A stretch of DNA of 64,000 nt from Eledone cirrhosa (taxonomy: Eukaryota). Made by a program: the position numbers and the translations under genes. Positions 11,912-25,622 of this stretch are shown here, piece after piece. The notes beneath the pieces are model-generated. The model saw nothing but the letters and a program-made list of their open reading frames with translations, was not told the DNA's origin and searched no databases. The stretch spans positions 186,001 to 250,000 of the forward strand of contig CAXHJY010000830.1 of NCBI GenBank assembly GCA_964016885.1, in the 5' to 3' direction. Position 1 is the first letter of the stretch, and the number at the start of each line of letters is the position of its first letter.

Positions 11912-12025
11912 AGGCACTTGGCCTCGTCATTAGGACATTAGATTCACAATGATGAGGTTGTTGCTTTGATTACTTGACTGGACAGAGGATCGTGTTCTTG
12001 ATTAAGATGTTTGGTTTACATTGCT
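11912..12025 (+). mobile_element. Degenerate tRNA-head SINE
   Basis: Resembles the reverse complement of the better-preserved copy at 49175-49319. Confidence 0.45.
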
Positions 12026-12465
12026 TTTCATGACAGCACTGGGAGCCCAATCTTTTAAGCACACAGGAAACTTCCTATGAGATAGAATCTCGTAATCACT
12101 GCATAGGTGTGATCTGAAATAACATTTTTTTTTTCCATTTCATTATGTGCAGGAGATACATATCAGCAATAGACTATTATTCAAACATTTTGTAGTAGCT
12201 TACAAACAATGAACACCCAAACTGCTTCAATGTTTATATTCAACTTCAAGTTGTGGGGAACTCTTGTTTCTATACTAAGATTGAACAGCATGCCAGACTA
12301 AATGAGAAAACATATTGCAGGTGTCATGTTAGGGTGTACAGCAGAGAAATTATATTCTTTCCTCATGAGAACAAAAAACACTAAACAGAGCTACTTTAGG
12401 CCAATAAGTAAGGTCATATGACATTAGTTAGAAACCATGTAATGTTCTGACACTAAAATGGTTCT

Positions 12466-14214
12466 CATCATCATCATCATCATCACCGTTTTACGTCCGT
12501 TCTTCCACGCTAGCATGGGTTAGACGGGTTGTCCTGTTGTGGGCAGTGTCTGGTCGGCTGACCATGCCTTGGTCATACAGGAACTGATCTGGCTTGATTT
12601 CTACAGCTGGATGCCCTTCCTAACACCAACCTCATTTACAGTGGGTGCTGGGTGCTTTTTCGTGGCGCCTACACGTCCACTTTACAGTGTGGGCTGGGTG
12701 CTTTTTTGCCGTGGCACCTCCACGACCACCTTGCGGTGGGGGGGGGGCATATTGTTTATATGCTTCAGCATGTACCCATGGGAGGTCGGGTACCCTGTAT
12801 TACTGTGTGACGCCATAAGTCACGGTCGTGTGTCATTGACTTTGAGAGGTGTAGTTGGGTAAGGTCGGCTTTTATCACCTCATCCCAAGTCATCTTGGGT
12901 CTCCCCACTCCGCGGTTTCCATCAACTTCTAGTGCTCTGCACCTTTTTATGCAGCTGTCATCCTTCATACGCATCACATGTCCATACCAGCGTAACCGCC
13001 TCTCCTGCACGCAGCATTTGATTCCTCTTATGCTCAGTCTCTCTCTCAATTCATTTATGCTTTGTCGTTCACGTATATTACTGTTACACATCCATCGGAG
13101 CATGCAGGCTTCATTTCTCTCTAATCTACGTAAGTCTTCCACCTTCAGCGCCCAGGTCTCACTACCATGCAACATCGCTGTTCGGATACACGCATCATAC
13201 AGTCTGCCTTTCATTCTGAGGGAGAAGCCTTTTGCAGCTAGCAGTGGTAGTAGTTCCCTAAACTTCTTCCATCCCGTTCTTACCCTAGTTATTGTACTTT
13301 CTGAGCACCCACCTCCGTTGCTAATTCGGTCACCTAGGTAGCAGAAGCTGTCTACTGTTTCTACAGGGCCCTCCCAGAGATTGGTGGTACTTGTTTCCTG
13401 TGGCTGTTTGCTTGCTGTTTCAGCACAGCTGCTGCATGTGAATCCTACATTCTTAATTAAGCTTCCTGAGATCCCGCTACATCTCTTGTGTACCCATTGT
13501 TTGCATTTGGGGCAAAGAATGGAGTTCCTACCTACACCTTTCCTACATACTGAGCAAGGCCATTTCCCTGAGGGGATCTGGGTTCTGTTTTCTCGTCTAC
13601 TTATAAGGACCTTAGTCTTTGTCATGTTGACTTTGAGGCCCTTTCTCTCTAGTCCCTGCTTCCAGGTTTGGAATTTATTCTCTAGTTCTACCATAGATTC
13701 AGCTATGAGTGCGAGGTCATCAGCATACAGGAGTTCCCATGGGCATCCGGTCTTAAACTCCTCCGTTATTGCCTGCAGGACTATGATGAACAGGAGAGGG
13801 CTAAGAACAGAGCCCTGGTGGACCCCAACCTGTACGCTAAATTCCTCGCTATACTCATTGCCAATCCTAACTTTGCTGACTGCTCCCCTATACATGGCTT
13901 GTACCGCTTTCACAAGCCATTCATCTACTCCTAGTTTTCTAAGAGCCCACCAGATTACTGCACGTGGAACTCTGTCAAAGGCTTTCTCAAGGTCGACAAA
14001 TGCCAAGTAGAGTGGCTTACTTTTAGCTAGGTACTTTTCCTGTAATTGCCTCACAAGGAAGAGCGCATCAGTGGTGCCTTTCCCTGGTACAAACCCAAAT
14101 TGCATCTCGTCTATATTCACCCGGTCTCTAATCAGCTGTGCTATAACTCTTTCTGTTACTTTCATGTGCATCTCGTCTATATTCACCCGGTCCCTATATT
14201 CACCCGGTCTCTTC
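12466..14214 (-). mobile_element. RTE-clade LINE, subfamily B, 5'-truncated
   Basis: Open RT frame 12765-14164; distinct 3' UTR shared with 54767-55119; (GAT)n tail; short duplications at the 5' junction. Confidence 0.97.
12765..14164 (-). CDS. RTE reverse transcriptase (partial, uninterrupted)
   Basis: Same RT and C4HC3 motifs as 8383-9777 but clearly diverged; the first ~17 aa of the track ORF come from junction duplication. Confidence 0.95.
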
Positions 14215-14388
14215 ATATTAAATCAATGAATTGTTTAGAATATATCACCAAGGAATATATATAACAATTCTAAAATGGCTTCCTAATTACAAATAGAAAC
14301 TGATACATACAAGTTTTTCTGTAAATGAATATTGAAACTAATGAATACAACAATACCTGAACAGAACATTTAATTCATAGAAAAGTAT

Positions 14389-14606
14389 TTAACCTTTTAG
14401 CATTTACATTACTCTATATATACTATTATATTTTCATGGCAAAGGCTTTACCTCGCATAATTATCTCACATAATATCGAATCTATGAGATTTTGAAAGTA
14501 TTTATTTTGAGAACAATACCTTAACATGAGTTTGAGCGACGGGTTACAGCCAGTTTCAACAGTAAGAGGTAGAGAATTCTGGCTGGTTTGAACATTAAAG
14601 GGTTAA
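14389..14606 (-). mobile_element. TTAA-flanked MITE, inverted relative to 10710-10927
   Basis: TTAA-cctttta...taaaggg-TTAA; high identity to the reverse complement of 10710-10927. Confidence 0.8.
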
Positions 14607-14834
14607 AATGGAATAGTTGGAGAACTTGTAAGTTAAAATAGTATACTGAAAAGGAAACTTTCCTCCACAAAAATGCAATCAAATTACTTCCAGAATGAAT
14701 GGTCAGAATTAGCAGATGTCCAGTCATTATACTGATTACATAGGCAATATAAGACAGATAAAGTTTTCAGATAGGAATATTAGCTTTTATTAAATGTTCT
14801 AAGATTATACAAAATGTTGTCCCTAAGTATGAAT

Positions 14835-16141
14835 ACGTGATGCATGCCACCCTCTCATCTATCCAGTTCATTGAACCATACTGCCTATGTAACTAAAGTT
14901 GGTATATAATAAGTATACATTCAATCTCTCGATCAACTACTATCAGCTCTCTAACACTCCACCTCTTTTCCATAACAATGCTAGTGTAACAAGGGATGAC
15001 ATCGATCTGTTCATATTCAGCACCCACCATCATCCTCCTTTATCTTCATACTTATCCATATGACCCTTAGTTAACATTTATTACCATCACAAATCTTTGT
15101 TGAATTTCATCACTCATTCTCCTATGACAGATCTTTATTGCTATCCCATCATGCTGCTCATAGTTTTTTTGATTCAACCAACTACCAACAACTAGCACGT
15201 AGCTCTCATCATCTATATTCCATAACTCCTATCACACTTTTCCACATCAAGCTCATACATTATTCTATACTCTCTAGGTCATCACTCCTTTTCTATTAAT
15301 ACCATCAGTTATGCTTGCCTTGAAAGAACAAAGACTATATAAAAACGTCTTGTTAGTCTTGTAGCAGACAAAGCTATCTCCATCTAATTGGTGCAACAAT
15401 AAAATGCATCTAGTACACCCTAGAAAGTGTGTGGCAATAAAACTGGTAATGTGTAGTAGAAATGACTATTTAGCTGTGACAAGAACATGAGAACTTCTCT
15501 AGTGCTAAAGTCATGATAAAATTAACCTATTACACTCTGTAAATTAGCTGATGTGACAAATGGAACATTCAAGTCAGATATGGTTCTCTTACTCCAAATG
15601 AAATCTCACTCATTAAACATATGCCAACATAAAAATTGGACATTAAATGATAATGATATTCAGTTTAGTTCAGTCAATACACTTTTCATAACAACCAACC
15701 CTTCCTTGTCCTAAAATCAAGCAGTACACAAATGCAAATTAGATATTTTCTGACAGTCCACATTGTAATCACACTTCCAATATCATGCATACTGTACATC
15801 TACTTAAAACAAGTTTTTCCTACACTACAATTAATTAACATTTCAAGTTAAAGCTCCTTATCAGAAAAAGAACAAGAGACAGTGTTGTGAGCCCACTACA
15901 ATAATTTATTTTTCACCCAGGCCACACTGTAAAGTGATCGTATTGGTACCACTACAAAAAGCACCCAGCCCTCACTGTAAATGTGGTTGGTGTAAGGATG
16001 GACACCTAGCCATAGAACCCAAGCCAGAAGCAGTTCTGTATGAGCAAGACATGGTCACCTGACCTGATTTGCCTCAAATGGGACAACTCCACTAACCCAT
16101 GCTAGCATAGAAAATAGATTTTAAACAATGATGATGATGAT
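14835..16141 (+). mobile_element. Cluster of old RTE-tail-related elements
   Basis: Repeated cacactgtaaa-tggttgg..aggaagggcatccagc modules ending in acccatgctagcat..(gat)n at ~15650 and ~16130. Confidence 0.6.
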
Positions 16142-16882
16142 TAACTCTTCATACAGCAAAGCAACATATAGCTGCTCTTTTGTTTATACATCCTAACCAT
16201 AATTCATCACTTGACTACATACTTTTAATAACTATTCTTCTTCACAACCAGTACCCACTGCTACTATCCAATTGATACTTAAGGTTATCATTTAAAACTC
16301 CAGATACACTTTACAATACTCATGAAATATTTGACAGTATTATTTCCATGCAAAAGTCTTAATGGTTTCCAAGCACCTGAGACACAGAATGACAGGAAAT
16401 CACTTGTGAAAAAGGAAAAGAAAAGATTAACACTAAACAAAAATTTGGAAATGTAGAAAAACAAATATATGGATAAAAGTGAAATAGATGAATGAAATAG
16501 ATCTCACTTAGTTGATCGAAATTTATATGTAAGAAGCAAGTGCAGGATTTCATGGAAAAATTTACCAAAACGTGATGAGCTAGCTCAAAATAAAAACAAA
16601 ACTATAGCAGAAAAGAACTCTAACATGCAATGTTATAAGAAATACATGAATAACGCGACTCAGCTATGGAATAAGGAAGTGGGTGAGTTAGATCTCTTAC
16701 ATCACTTTAATCAGCTTGAAGAAGATTGACAGACAGTTATTGAACATCATTTGAGATAGGTAAATATGTATTCAACCACAATGTATGTCTATTGTCATAC
16801 AGCTGTTTTCAATTATGGTATGATCTCTGTTTAAGATGTAGCAAATGTAGTTACATATATAATTACATAAACAGTTGATGTT

Positions 16883-17056
16883 TTGGCAGTATCGGTAGAG
16901 GGTCGGACGCCATGCTTTCCAGCATAGTTACGTCCCTTTACGATCTGAGTTCAAATCCCGCCGAGGTTGACTTTGCCTTTCATCCTTACGGGGTCGATAA
17001 AATAAAGTACCAGTAATGCACTGGGTAATTGCTGGCCTTGTGCCTAAAGTAGAAAC
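16883..17056 (+). mobile_element. Young Meta-core tRNA SINE
   Basis: Near-identical to 5064-5239. Confidence 0.9.
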
Positions 17057-17746
17057 AGTTATTAGCATGTAAACTAAAATTTGCTACATGATGAAATTTC
17101 TTTAAATTTTATATTATCACCAATCTTCTGGATACATTTATCAAAGTGGGAATGGAAAACTGTTGAAGTACCAATTCTTATTTTTATCAAAATTTGTACA
17201 TTTTTGTTGTTTATCTCTAATCTAACAATATTTTTTTTCACATAAAAAAGGAACAACATTCATTTGAGTTTTTCTTCTTTTTCTTTTTGGTGGTGGTGGG
17301 GGGGGGGGGGTTCTAAAGTACTGACTGCTCAATTCTGTAACAATCTTTTTTAAAATATTAGTGATAGTTTCACATTCTAGATTCCTGTATACTGTATCAA
17401 TATATTCATAAAGTTATGTAATGTTTTTGAAATAACACGATCTGGACACATATGTCTGGGAAAGATTTTGAAAGGAATCTCTTCAAGGTTTGTTGCTGGT
17501 TAATTTGGCCATGTTGCAATAATAGTCAAAGTAGTGGTGTAACATTTGCTCTCAGTACCCAGGAGCAGAGACACTTTTGATACCACTACAATTAATAGCT
17601 AAAGGCAATTTTGCAATTGGGGGCAACTTACCCCCCACCACCTGCTCATCCTTAAAATTAAATTGGAAGGTGAGGATCAAACAATAACACAATATAACTT
17701 TCCACATATGATCAACACACTCAATTCTGATGAAACCTACAATAAT

Positions 17747-17880
17747 TGGCAGAGTGATTAGGGTGTCAGATTTAAATAACTTGCAGCATTTGTTCCACTT
17801 CTCTGTGTTCAGGGTTTAACTTCTGCAGTGACCAATTTTGCCTTTCATTCTTTTGGGTTCAATAAATACAATACCAAAAA
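17747..17880 (+). mobile_element. Old Meta-core SINE (similar old copies at ~20181-20315, 27200-27312, 30268-30396 and 40980-41175)
   Basis: ttggcaga..ttag head and degenerate ttttgcctttcattc..ggg.tcaataaa core. Confidence 0.65.
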
Positions 17881-20324
17881 CATGGCAAATAGTGTGTTTT
17901 GTGTATCAGTTCCAGTGATATGTGAATTGAGTTTAAGCGCCACCACCTGTCACTGGAAAACTGTTGACAATATGGAAGTGTGCTTCCTATCATTAAAACG
18001 CCTAAGAAATGACTTGTGACGTAAAAATTCCATAAGAAGCCAGATACACCTGTGTAGGTGTGAGCTATAACAACAAAATCAACCAACATATGCCAGGTCA
18101 ACAACTGACATGTATCATTGTTTAATACATACAATAAATTATTAAATCTGTAAAAAGGTTTGTGTATATTTGGTAAAACACTTGCTACTCTTCCATTCTC
18201 ATTCTATATGCAAAAATTTGATTATACAAAGCTAGAAATGTAACTGTGGCTGGATTGCATTTTTCAAAATTATTTCACATCATTTATCATTTAAATCAGG
18301 AAAAAGATTTGGCTCTCATACTTTAGCTACAAAGAAAATTAATTCATTATAAACTCAGAGGAGACGGGGGCAGGTGACAGTAATGAGATTTCAAATTGGA
18401 TTTTCTCCAGTATTTATGAAACAAAGTTAAAACTGTGTGTCAAAAGTTGAGAGAACAAAAATGCTAATCTAGAAAATATCTAAAAAGTTATCATATAATA
18501 TTCAAGGGGCAGATAAATATTTCCAAATATAGCAAAAATGGATTAGGGAAATCAGACAAACAAAAAGAAATTAACGAGTAATTTCAAACAATACAGCACT
18601 GATTTGGAATACTTCCAGGAACTGTGAAAAGAGACAGGCCAGAAACTGGTAGTCCTAAGAGTGGAATTACAATCCACTGACCATTAAAATGTAATTGAAC
18701 TTTGACCAAAACACCTCCTTCAGATCGTACATTATTGAGAAAAGCTTCAGTCAATGGATACAAGAATAATTTTGTGGAAAGTGATCTTTATCAGCAACTA
18801 ATAAGAATCATTTATATTTTCTTTCTTTAATACAAATATTGATGAAAACACAAATATCAATTAAGATGTAAATTTAGGAAAATAAATTGAAAAAGCAATG
18901 AACAAAACAAATTCAATTAGATATCTGAATAGCTGAGGCAAACCTTAATATTCTAGTAATTAGGTGTTTATTTCTATCTCTCAGACAGTCGCTATATTTC
19001 ATTAGCTATTTAAGGAGTACGAGCGTATTATTTTATGTTGGCACATTAAAATCATTATTATCCTCATCATTTTATGCCTGCTCTCTATATTGGCATGGGT
19101 TGGAAATGTAATCATAATCCAAGTAACTCCTTATTCACAATTACTGCCCCTCCAAATGGGTCGGAGCACTATACCATTCGTGAACACAACATGGTTGCTA
19201 TGGTTACACACTCATCTTAACAAAAAGCACTTTACATCATGTACTGTATGCATTTTAATGACACCACTACTAGAGAGGTTGCCTTGTTTCCAGAAATATA
19301 AAACAGTCATCTATACAAATTCTTCCAAAGCAAATACAATCATGAGTGGGAATAGATCGAGAGTGATGACTAAGTGAGTAAAAGATGAAAAATTATAAGC
19401 ATGACTGGGGAACATTGGGATATGATATGATATAAAACTATTCCATTTCCCCAACCAAAACAGCTTTTAAATCATTATTAATATGTAATTTTATTCATAT
19501 GATTTTTAAGTCTTGTTTCTGGAGGAATTGCAACCATTTTATATGATAAAACATATACATTAACCATATGGATCAAAAGTTTACTTCCATATTTTTTTAA
19601 ACAGAATTATTCATTGAATATTATTTTAACTTGAAAGAGAAAGCAGCAACAAAAAATAAACGTATCTGTGAATATGTGTGCAAGTGTATATATATATATA
19701 ATGGGTATATAAAGCAAAGTGATATTTGACTTCAACTGGGACCAATAGACTCACATTAAAAAACTATAGATCTATTGTAATACATGTGATAAAGATAACC
19801 AAACTCAAAGAATATAAACTGAAATTAGTTTTTGCCAATAGTAATATGTTAGTTAATTACATTAAACAAAAAATAGTAAAATATGAGATAATAAATATGG
19901 AGATCTCACTAATATTATATATATAATGTAGATATATATATTATGTAGATATATATCTCAAGTGTTTGTCAATAATATGTCAAAAAGAAACATTTATCAA
20001 ATACATATGCAATTTGCTAAGTAATATATGATTATTAACCAACATAAAACAGCCCTAGGCAAGTGAATGAGAACATAATGTAGTAAGTTTTAAAGAATTT
20101 GAAAATTCACAGTTGCATAGTTATAAACTTGGACATACAGTTCTATTTACTTTCATCATATAATTATTTAGGACAATCAGGGTGGTTGGCTGATTTGTCA
20201 GAGCCTCAAATAAAATGCCTTGTGATATTATATCCCCTCTTTACATTATGGTTTCAGCTTTTGACTTTCACCATTGGGGTTGATAAAATAAAATACTAGT
20301 CAGGTACTGGAGCTAATTTAATTA

Positions 20325-20480
20325 ACCGCTGATCTTTGCCAGCATGCAGACATTGCAGTAGAGTTGAAATCTCTGCCCAACCATGGTACCTTTAGCTGCA
20401 GCCACTGAGGTCATGCCTGTCTGTTCTGCATTGGCCTAAACAGCTACAAGTGTTGATGCAGTCAACGTGGACCACCCCCT
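20325..20480 (+). mobile_element. RTE-BovB-like LINE 3' remnant
   Basis: Decayed C-terminal finger CSH*GHACLFCIGLNSYKC, resembling CxxCGRxxxxRIGLxSH. Confidence 0.45.
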
Positions 20481-22398
20481 TCGCAAAGCTAGGCCATAGT
20501 GGTACTTTGACATGTGACCACAACACAGCACAACCCCCCCCACACACACACACACACATCCTATCATTCACTCAAACATACACACACAGTCAATAAAAGA
20601 AAACTTTATTAAAAGGAAGAATACAAAGAAAAATAAGATTAGTTTGAGAAAATAATCAATCAACTCTCCCCATTTCATTTAACATGGCCTTGCCATGTGG
20701 AAAAAAGAAATGATTATAAAAAACAGAATAAGTAAAAACAGTTCATATGAAATAGAAGTACAAGGCTAGGAAAGGTATTTAGAGAAGAAGAAAAATATAA
20801 CTATACTTATCAAAAGTTCGATACCCTGTTTGAGTAACAATGCAGGAAAACTGTACATTAAATTGACTCACCTGAAAAAAACAAAGTTAGAAAAGAGCGA
20901 TTAGCTTGTGTAACGAAATGTTGAATGGATTTAGCTGATGCAATGAAAAAGGTATTACATAATGAAACAGTAAGATATTTAATGAAGACTTAAGAAGAAA
21001 CTTCAACATACTTATAAACACTTAGCTTTTAAGAAAATATAATCACTTGCAAATAAAATTAAAAAAAACAACGTAGGTGCCTTTGATGAAAGTGACCATT
21101 ATTTATAGTTTTAAATGTAATGGTGTGTAAAGAGGCAACAAAATAAAAGAGCTACCTATATAAAAGACAAAGTGGAAGAAAACTGATAATATAAAAGAGT
21201 TTGGTAGAATTTGAAGGTAAAAAATCTTAATAAAAGAAAGCTGACATAGAAATGCAACCATCTAATTAAATATAAATAAATGCACAGTAAAGAAAAAAGA
21301 AAAAAACAAGTGCCAAAATGTTTACAATGGAAGTTGTGGGGAAAAGAGAGACGAAAACCGGGATATTGAGTTAGAAATAGAACACCAAACTATTTTTAAG
21401 CAAATACTGATTGTTATCAGTGCGGTTTGCTTTCTATAATTAAGCAACTTGCTTTCACAGGAGTACCGCAAATCAGTAAACATGTGACTGTCTGTGGAAT
21501 AATTTTCTGGTAAAAACCTATCGTGAACCAAACAAAGCAGATTCAATTCTACTGCTGATAGCTGTTAGCTAAATTTACGGTGGATCCCAAATTTGATTCC
21601 ATGGAATATCGAGAAATAATGAACATTTCGCTGATCTAATTAACTAGTGTTACTAGCAGTTCACTAAATAAGTTTTATTTAATGATTTAATAATATATTA
21701 CAATCAATCACCACTTTTAGTTCAGTAATCAACATATCCAAATGAAAATGAATAAAATGAATTTTCTTGCTACTCATGGAGTTTTGTTCTTCTTTCAAAT
21801 TATATTTTTAATTATCCAGCTGTAGAAACATTGTCAAAAAGAGATAAGAGGACTCTTTAGTTATGCTGAGAACACAGCAGCCTTTCTATGATATTGGTGT
21901 GGACACAAGTACTCCCAATGCACTCTGTAGGGTAGTCGATGATGGGAAGTATATCCACTCTTAGAACACTTGCCAAACAAAGGGTCAAGAGGACATTTCA
22001 GTTGTGTCAAAGATGTGACAACCTCCATAACGTTGGTGCCATGATAAACTACATCTGTTCAGCCCTTGTTTGGGTACTAAATGATGATGATGATGATGAT
22101 GATGAAGGGTCTTATCGGAATGCCTTGCTAAAGAATCTCCCTGTGCCTCTTGCCGTATCTGGGCACAATAAGAAGACTGCGGAATCTGCTACCCATGAAG
22201 AAATTGCCATTGGGTACCAGAGGACAAGGCTGATCTTCAGGCATTTGCTGCCAGCACAGCCAAAGACCTAGGCTGTGTTCCCCCAAAGGGTGCTCTCAGC
22301 CTTAGTCGACCTGGTCCAAAACCCAGACTCATCAGGCTGTCTTTTTCGGACTTCGCTGAGGCAATTTCATATCATCTGGCCTCTGTTAAAGCTGGGCA

Positions 22399-22740
22399 TG
22401 AAAATTGGATTACCTTCCGAACACACACAGGCCTACCACCCCATGTATGTCCAAAGCTACGTGCTGCAGCTTCCTTGAATCGGAACTCAGCACAACATGA
22501 AAGTTTTAGTCTGCGTGATAATAGGCAGATCTGGAGGTTTGTTAAGGCTGGTGAAACGTGGAAGAGAGCGTGAAAATTGTATTACCTTCCGAACACGCCC
22601 ATGCATACCACCCCATGTACGTCCAAAGCTATGTGTTGCAGCTTCCTTGAATCGGAACTCAGCACAACATGAAAGTTTTAGTCTGCGTGATAATAGGCAG
22701 ATCTGGAGGTTTGTTAAGGCTGGTGAAACGTGGAAGAGAG
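22399..22740 (+). repeat. 172-bp tandem duplication in the CR1 ORF1 region
   Basis: tgaaaatt.gattaccttccgaacac...acgtggaagagag occurs twice (starts 22399 and 22571). Confidence 0.95.
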
Positions 22741-22870
22741 ATACCAGCTGGTCTGAGTGTGCTCTACCCACAATAACTGGCAATGAAAAAACTGCAACAA
22801 CTCTGGGTAACTAAACCAGAACAACCTGCCATCCTCTACACACCATCATAAACTGCAAGCAGGGTACAAA

Positions 22871-25622
22871 TTGTTGTCCTTAAATGCTCGTAGTTTATGC
22901 AACAAGATACATCTGTTTAACTCCTATGTCAGAAGCATCGACCCTGACTTCATCACAGTCACGGAGACATGGGCACATTCCTTACTCTGTGATGGGGTTT
23001 TCAGCATTACTGGCTACAACCTTTTCCGCAAGGACAGCATTAATCGCCGTGGTGGTGGTGTGATGGTCTACGTTCATTCAAACTTTTCGGTAATTCCTTG
23101 CGTTGATTTGAACGAATCACAAGCAGAAGTTTTTTTTGTGACATACGTGTGACCATGTCAACACATCTGCTTGGTGTTGTTTATCACCCCCCCAAACTAC
23201 CATCAGGACACACAGCTTTGCGATATCCTCAGAGCTGCTGCCAGGAAAACAGCTACTTTAACAGTGTTTATTGCAGGTGACTTAAATCATCCTGAGATCG
23301 ATTGGGAAACCTTTTGTTGGCCACAAAGTGCAAACGATTTCCTTGAGCTAGTGCTGGACTCAAACTGGTCACAAGTAGTCACCTCTCTAACAAGAGGTGA
23401 CAACACTTTGGACCTGATCTTCACCACTACTCCTGAAGTGGTTATCAGTTGTACTACTGAGGAACCTCTAGGCGACTCTGATCATGCTATGATCATTGCT
23501 AATCTGGCTCTTGCGGGCAGCAACAAAAACCAGAACCATCTCCAATCTGCTTGCTTTGATTGGAAGAAAGCAGATTGGAACTTGTACTGCACTGAATTAC
23601 AGTACCCAAACTGGCATGAGTTCTATAACTCTGGAGATGTGAACACTATACTCCAGATCATCCTGGACTCAATATGGATAGCGTGTGCAGCATCGGTGCC
23701 ACGTACGCAGAAAAAACACCACCCCAAAAGTGCAATTTGGGAAACTTCAGCGGTCCGACTTGCCAGGAAAAAACGTCAGAACGCTGAACGGGAATATAAA
23801 CTGCATAAATCAGATGCCAACAGAAAAAAGCGGAATAAATCTTCCAACCATCTCAAGCAAGTGACAAAAAAGGCAGTGCTTGAATTTGAACAGTGCATAG
23901 CAACCAATCCTGACAGTAAGGTGTTCTGGAAATATGTTCATTCAAAGCAGAGACCTCACTCTCTAGTTGGTCCTCTTCGCAATCCCCACACAAGCCATAT
24001 CACTGACGATCCCAAAGAATGCGCAGAACTCATTGCTGAGTGCTATGCAAGCATTTTTACTGTTGAAAACCAGAATGTACCATCTCCACCATCTCTAACA
24101 TCAAATTCCATAACAACTATGGAATTTACACCTGCAATGTTGCGACGTCACCTTAAGAATAAGCGCAACTATGCCTCCCCTGGTCTTGATGGTGTTACAT
24201 ACCTGCTTCTCAAACGTGGCAGGTGCTTCCTTTTGCACCAGCTTTCTTTCTTCTTTCAATACTGTCTCAACAATGGTGCTACTCCGGAGCAGTGGAAAGC
24301 TGCCAGTGTCATTCCCCTGTTCAAAAAGGGCGACCGCACGTCACCTGTCAACTATCGTCCAGTCAGTCTAACTAGCTGTACTGCCAAACTGATGGAATCC
24401 TGTGTCAGAGAAACACTTTGGAACTGCTGGAGCTCTCACAGCCTCATCCGGCCCTCGCAGTTTGGATTTATCCATAACTCCAGCTTATCGAGTTCCTTGA
24501 AGACATTTCCCAGATCACTGACAGCGGCTCATGGGTGGATGTGTTTACCTTGACTTCGCTAAGGCTTTTCATTCTGTGCCACACACAAAAGACTTATGGC
24601 AAAACTCTCTGCAATGGGTGTGAGGGATGATCTTTTTTAACTGGTTGAAATCCTTCATTCTCAGCCGAAAAGAGGTAGTCACGGTTCTAGGACAGCATTC
24701 TTCACCACATGAGATGTCATCTGGTGTACCACAGAGATCTGTTCTTGGTCCCCTTTTGTTTGTGGTATATATTAATGACATAGATACCAACTTAAAGAAT
24801 GCCACGGTACTGAAATATGCAGATGACATCAAGCTGTACCTTGAGATAAAAAGGAAAGATCCTGAAATCTATAACTCTTTCCTACAATCAGACCTGGACA
24901 CAATGTAGCAATGGATCACAGACTTGCAACTGAAGCTGGCTGTGGACAAGTGTACCACTATGCATTTTGGGAGGAAAAATCCAGCGTCCTCATAATCCCT
25001 CCACAACACTGATATCAAGAAGTCCTCTTGTGAACGTAACCTGGGCATTACTGTCAGCAACGATTTGCATTGGAAAAAGCATGTCTCTAAGATTGTTAAG
25101 AAGGCCGAGGGTGTCTTGGCATCACTCAGCAAGACCTATGTTAGCCGCTCTCCAGCCATCTATTTAAAGCTGTATACAGCTATGGTACGACCACACTTGG
25201 AATTCGCATCATCAGTCTGGAACCCCTATCTTGCCCAGAACATTGACCTCCTGGAAACTGCTCAGAGACGTGCAATCAAGCGCATACCCTCCATCAGACA
25301 CCTACCATACTCTGAACGCCTTGCTTCCCTGCGCATGGATACATTGAAGCTCCGACATCTGGCAATGGACTTGGTAAACACCCACAAAGTTATTAACCGT
25401 CTCGCCAACAACAACCCTGATTTTGATCTCCATGTGTCTAACACACGTGGACCTGCCTACAAAATCAGAAAAAAGCACAGCTCCCATGACTTTCAGAAAC
25501 ATTTTTTCGCGCTCAGAGTTGCTGAAGCATGGAACAAACTGCCTGCGTCAGTTGTTAGCTGCCGAGACACTGCATCCTTTAAAATCCTCATGCTTCCCGA
25601 AATTCGCCAAAACTACACCTGA
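22871..25622 (+). pseudogene. CR1 ORF2 (APE-RT) with frameshifts and stops
   Basis: Fragments 22871-23152, 23171-24553, 24627-24908 and 25065-25622 join into a single APE-RT protein. Confidence 0.93.

Noticed and set aside
8447-14010. Plus-strand ORFs 8447-8947, 9131-9388, 12895-13341 and 13381-14010
   Set aside because: Antisense shadows of the RTE reading frames
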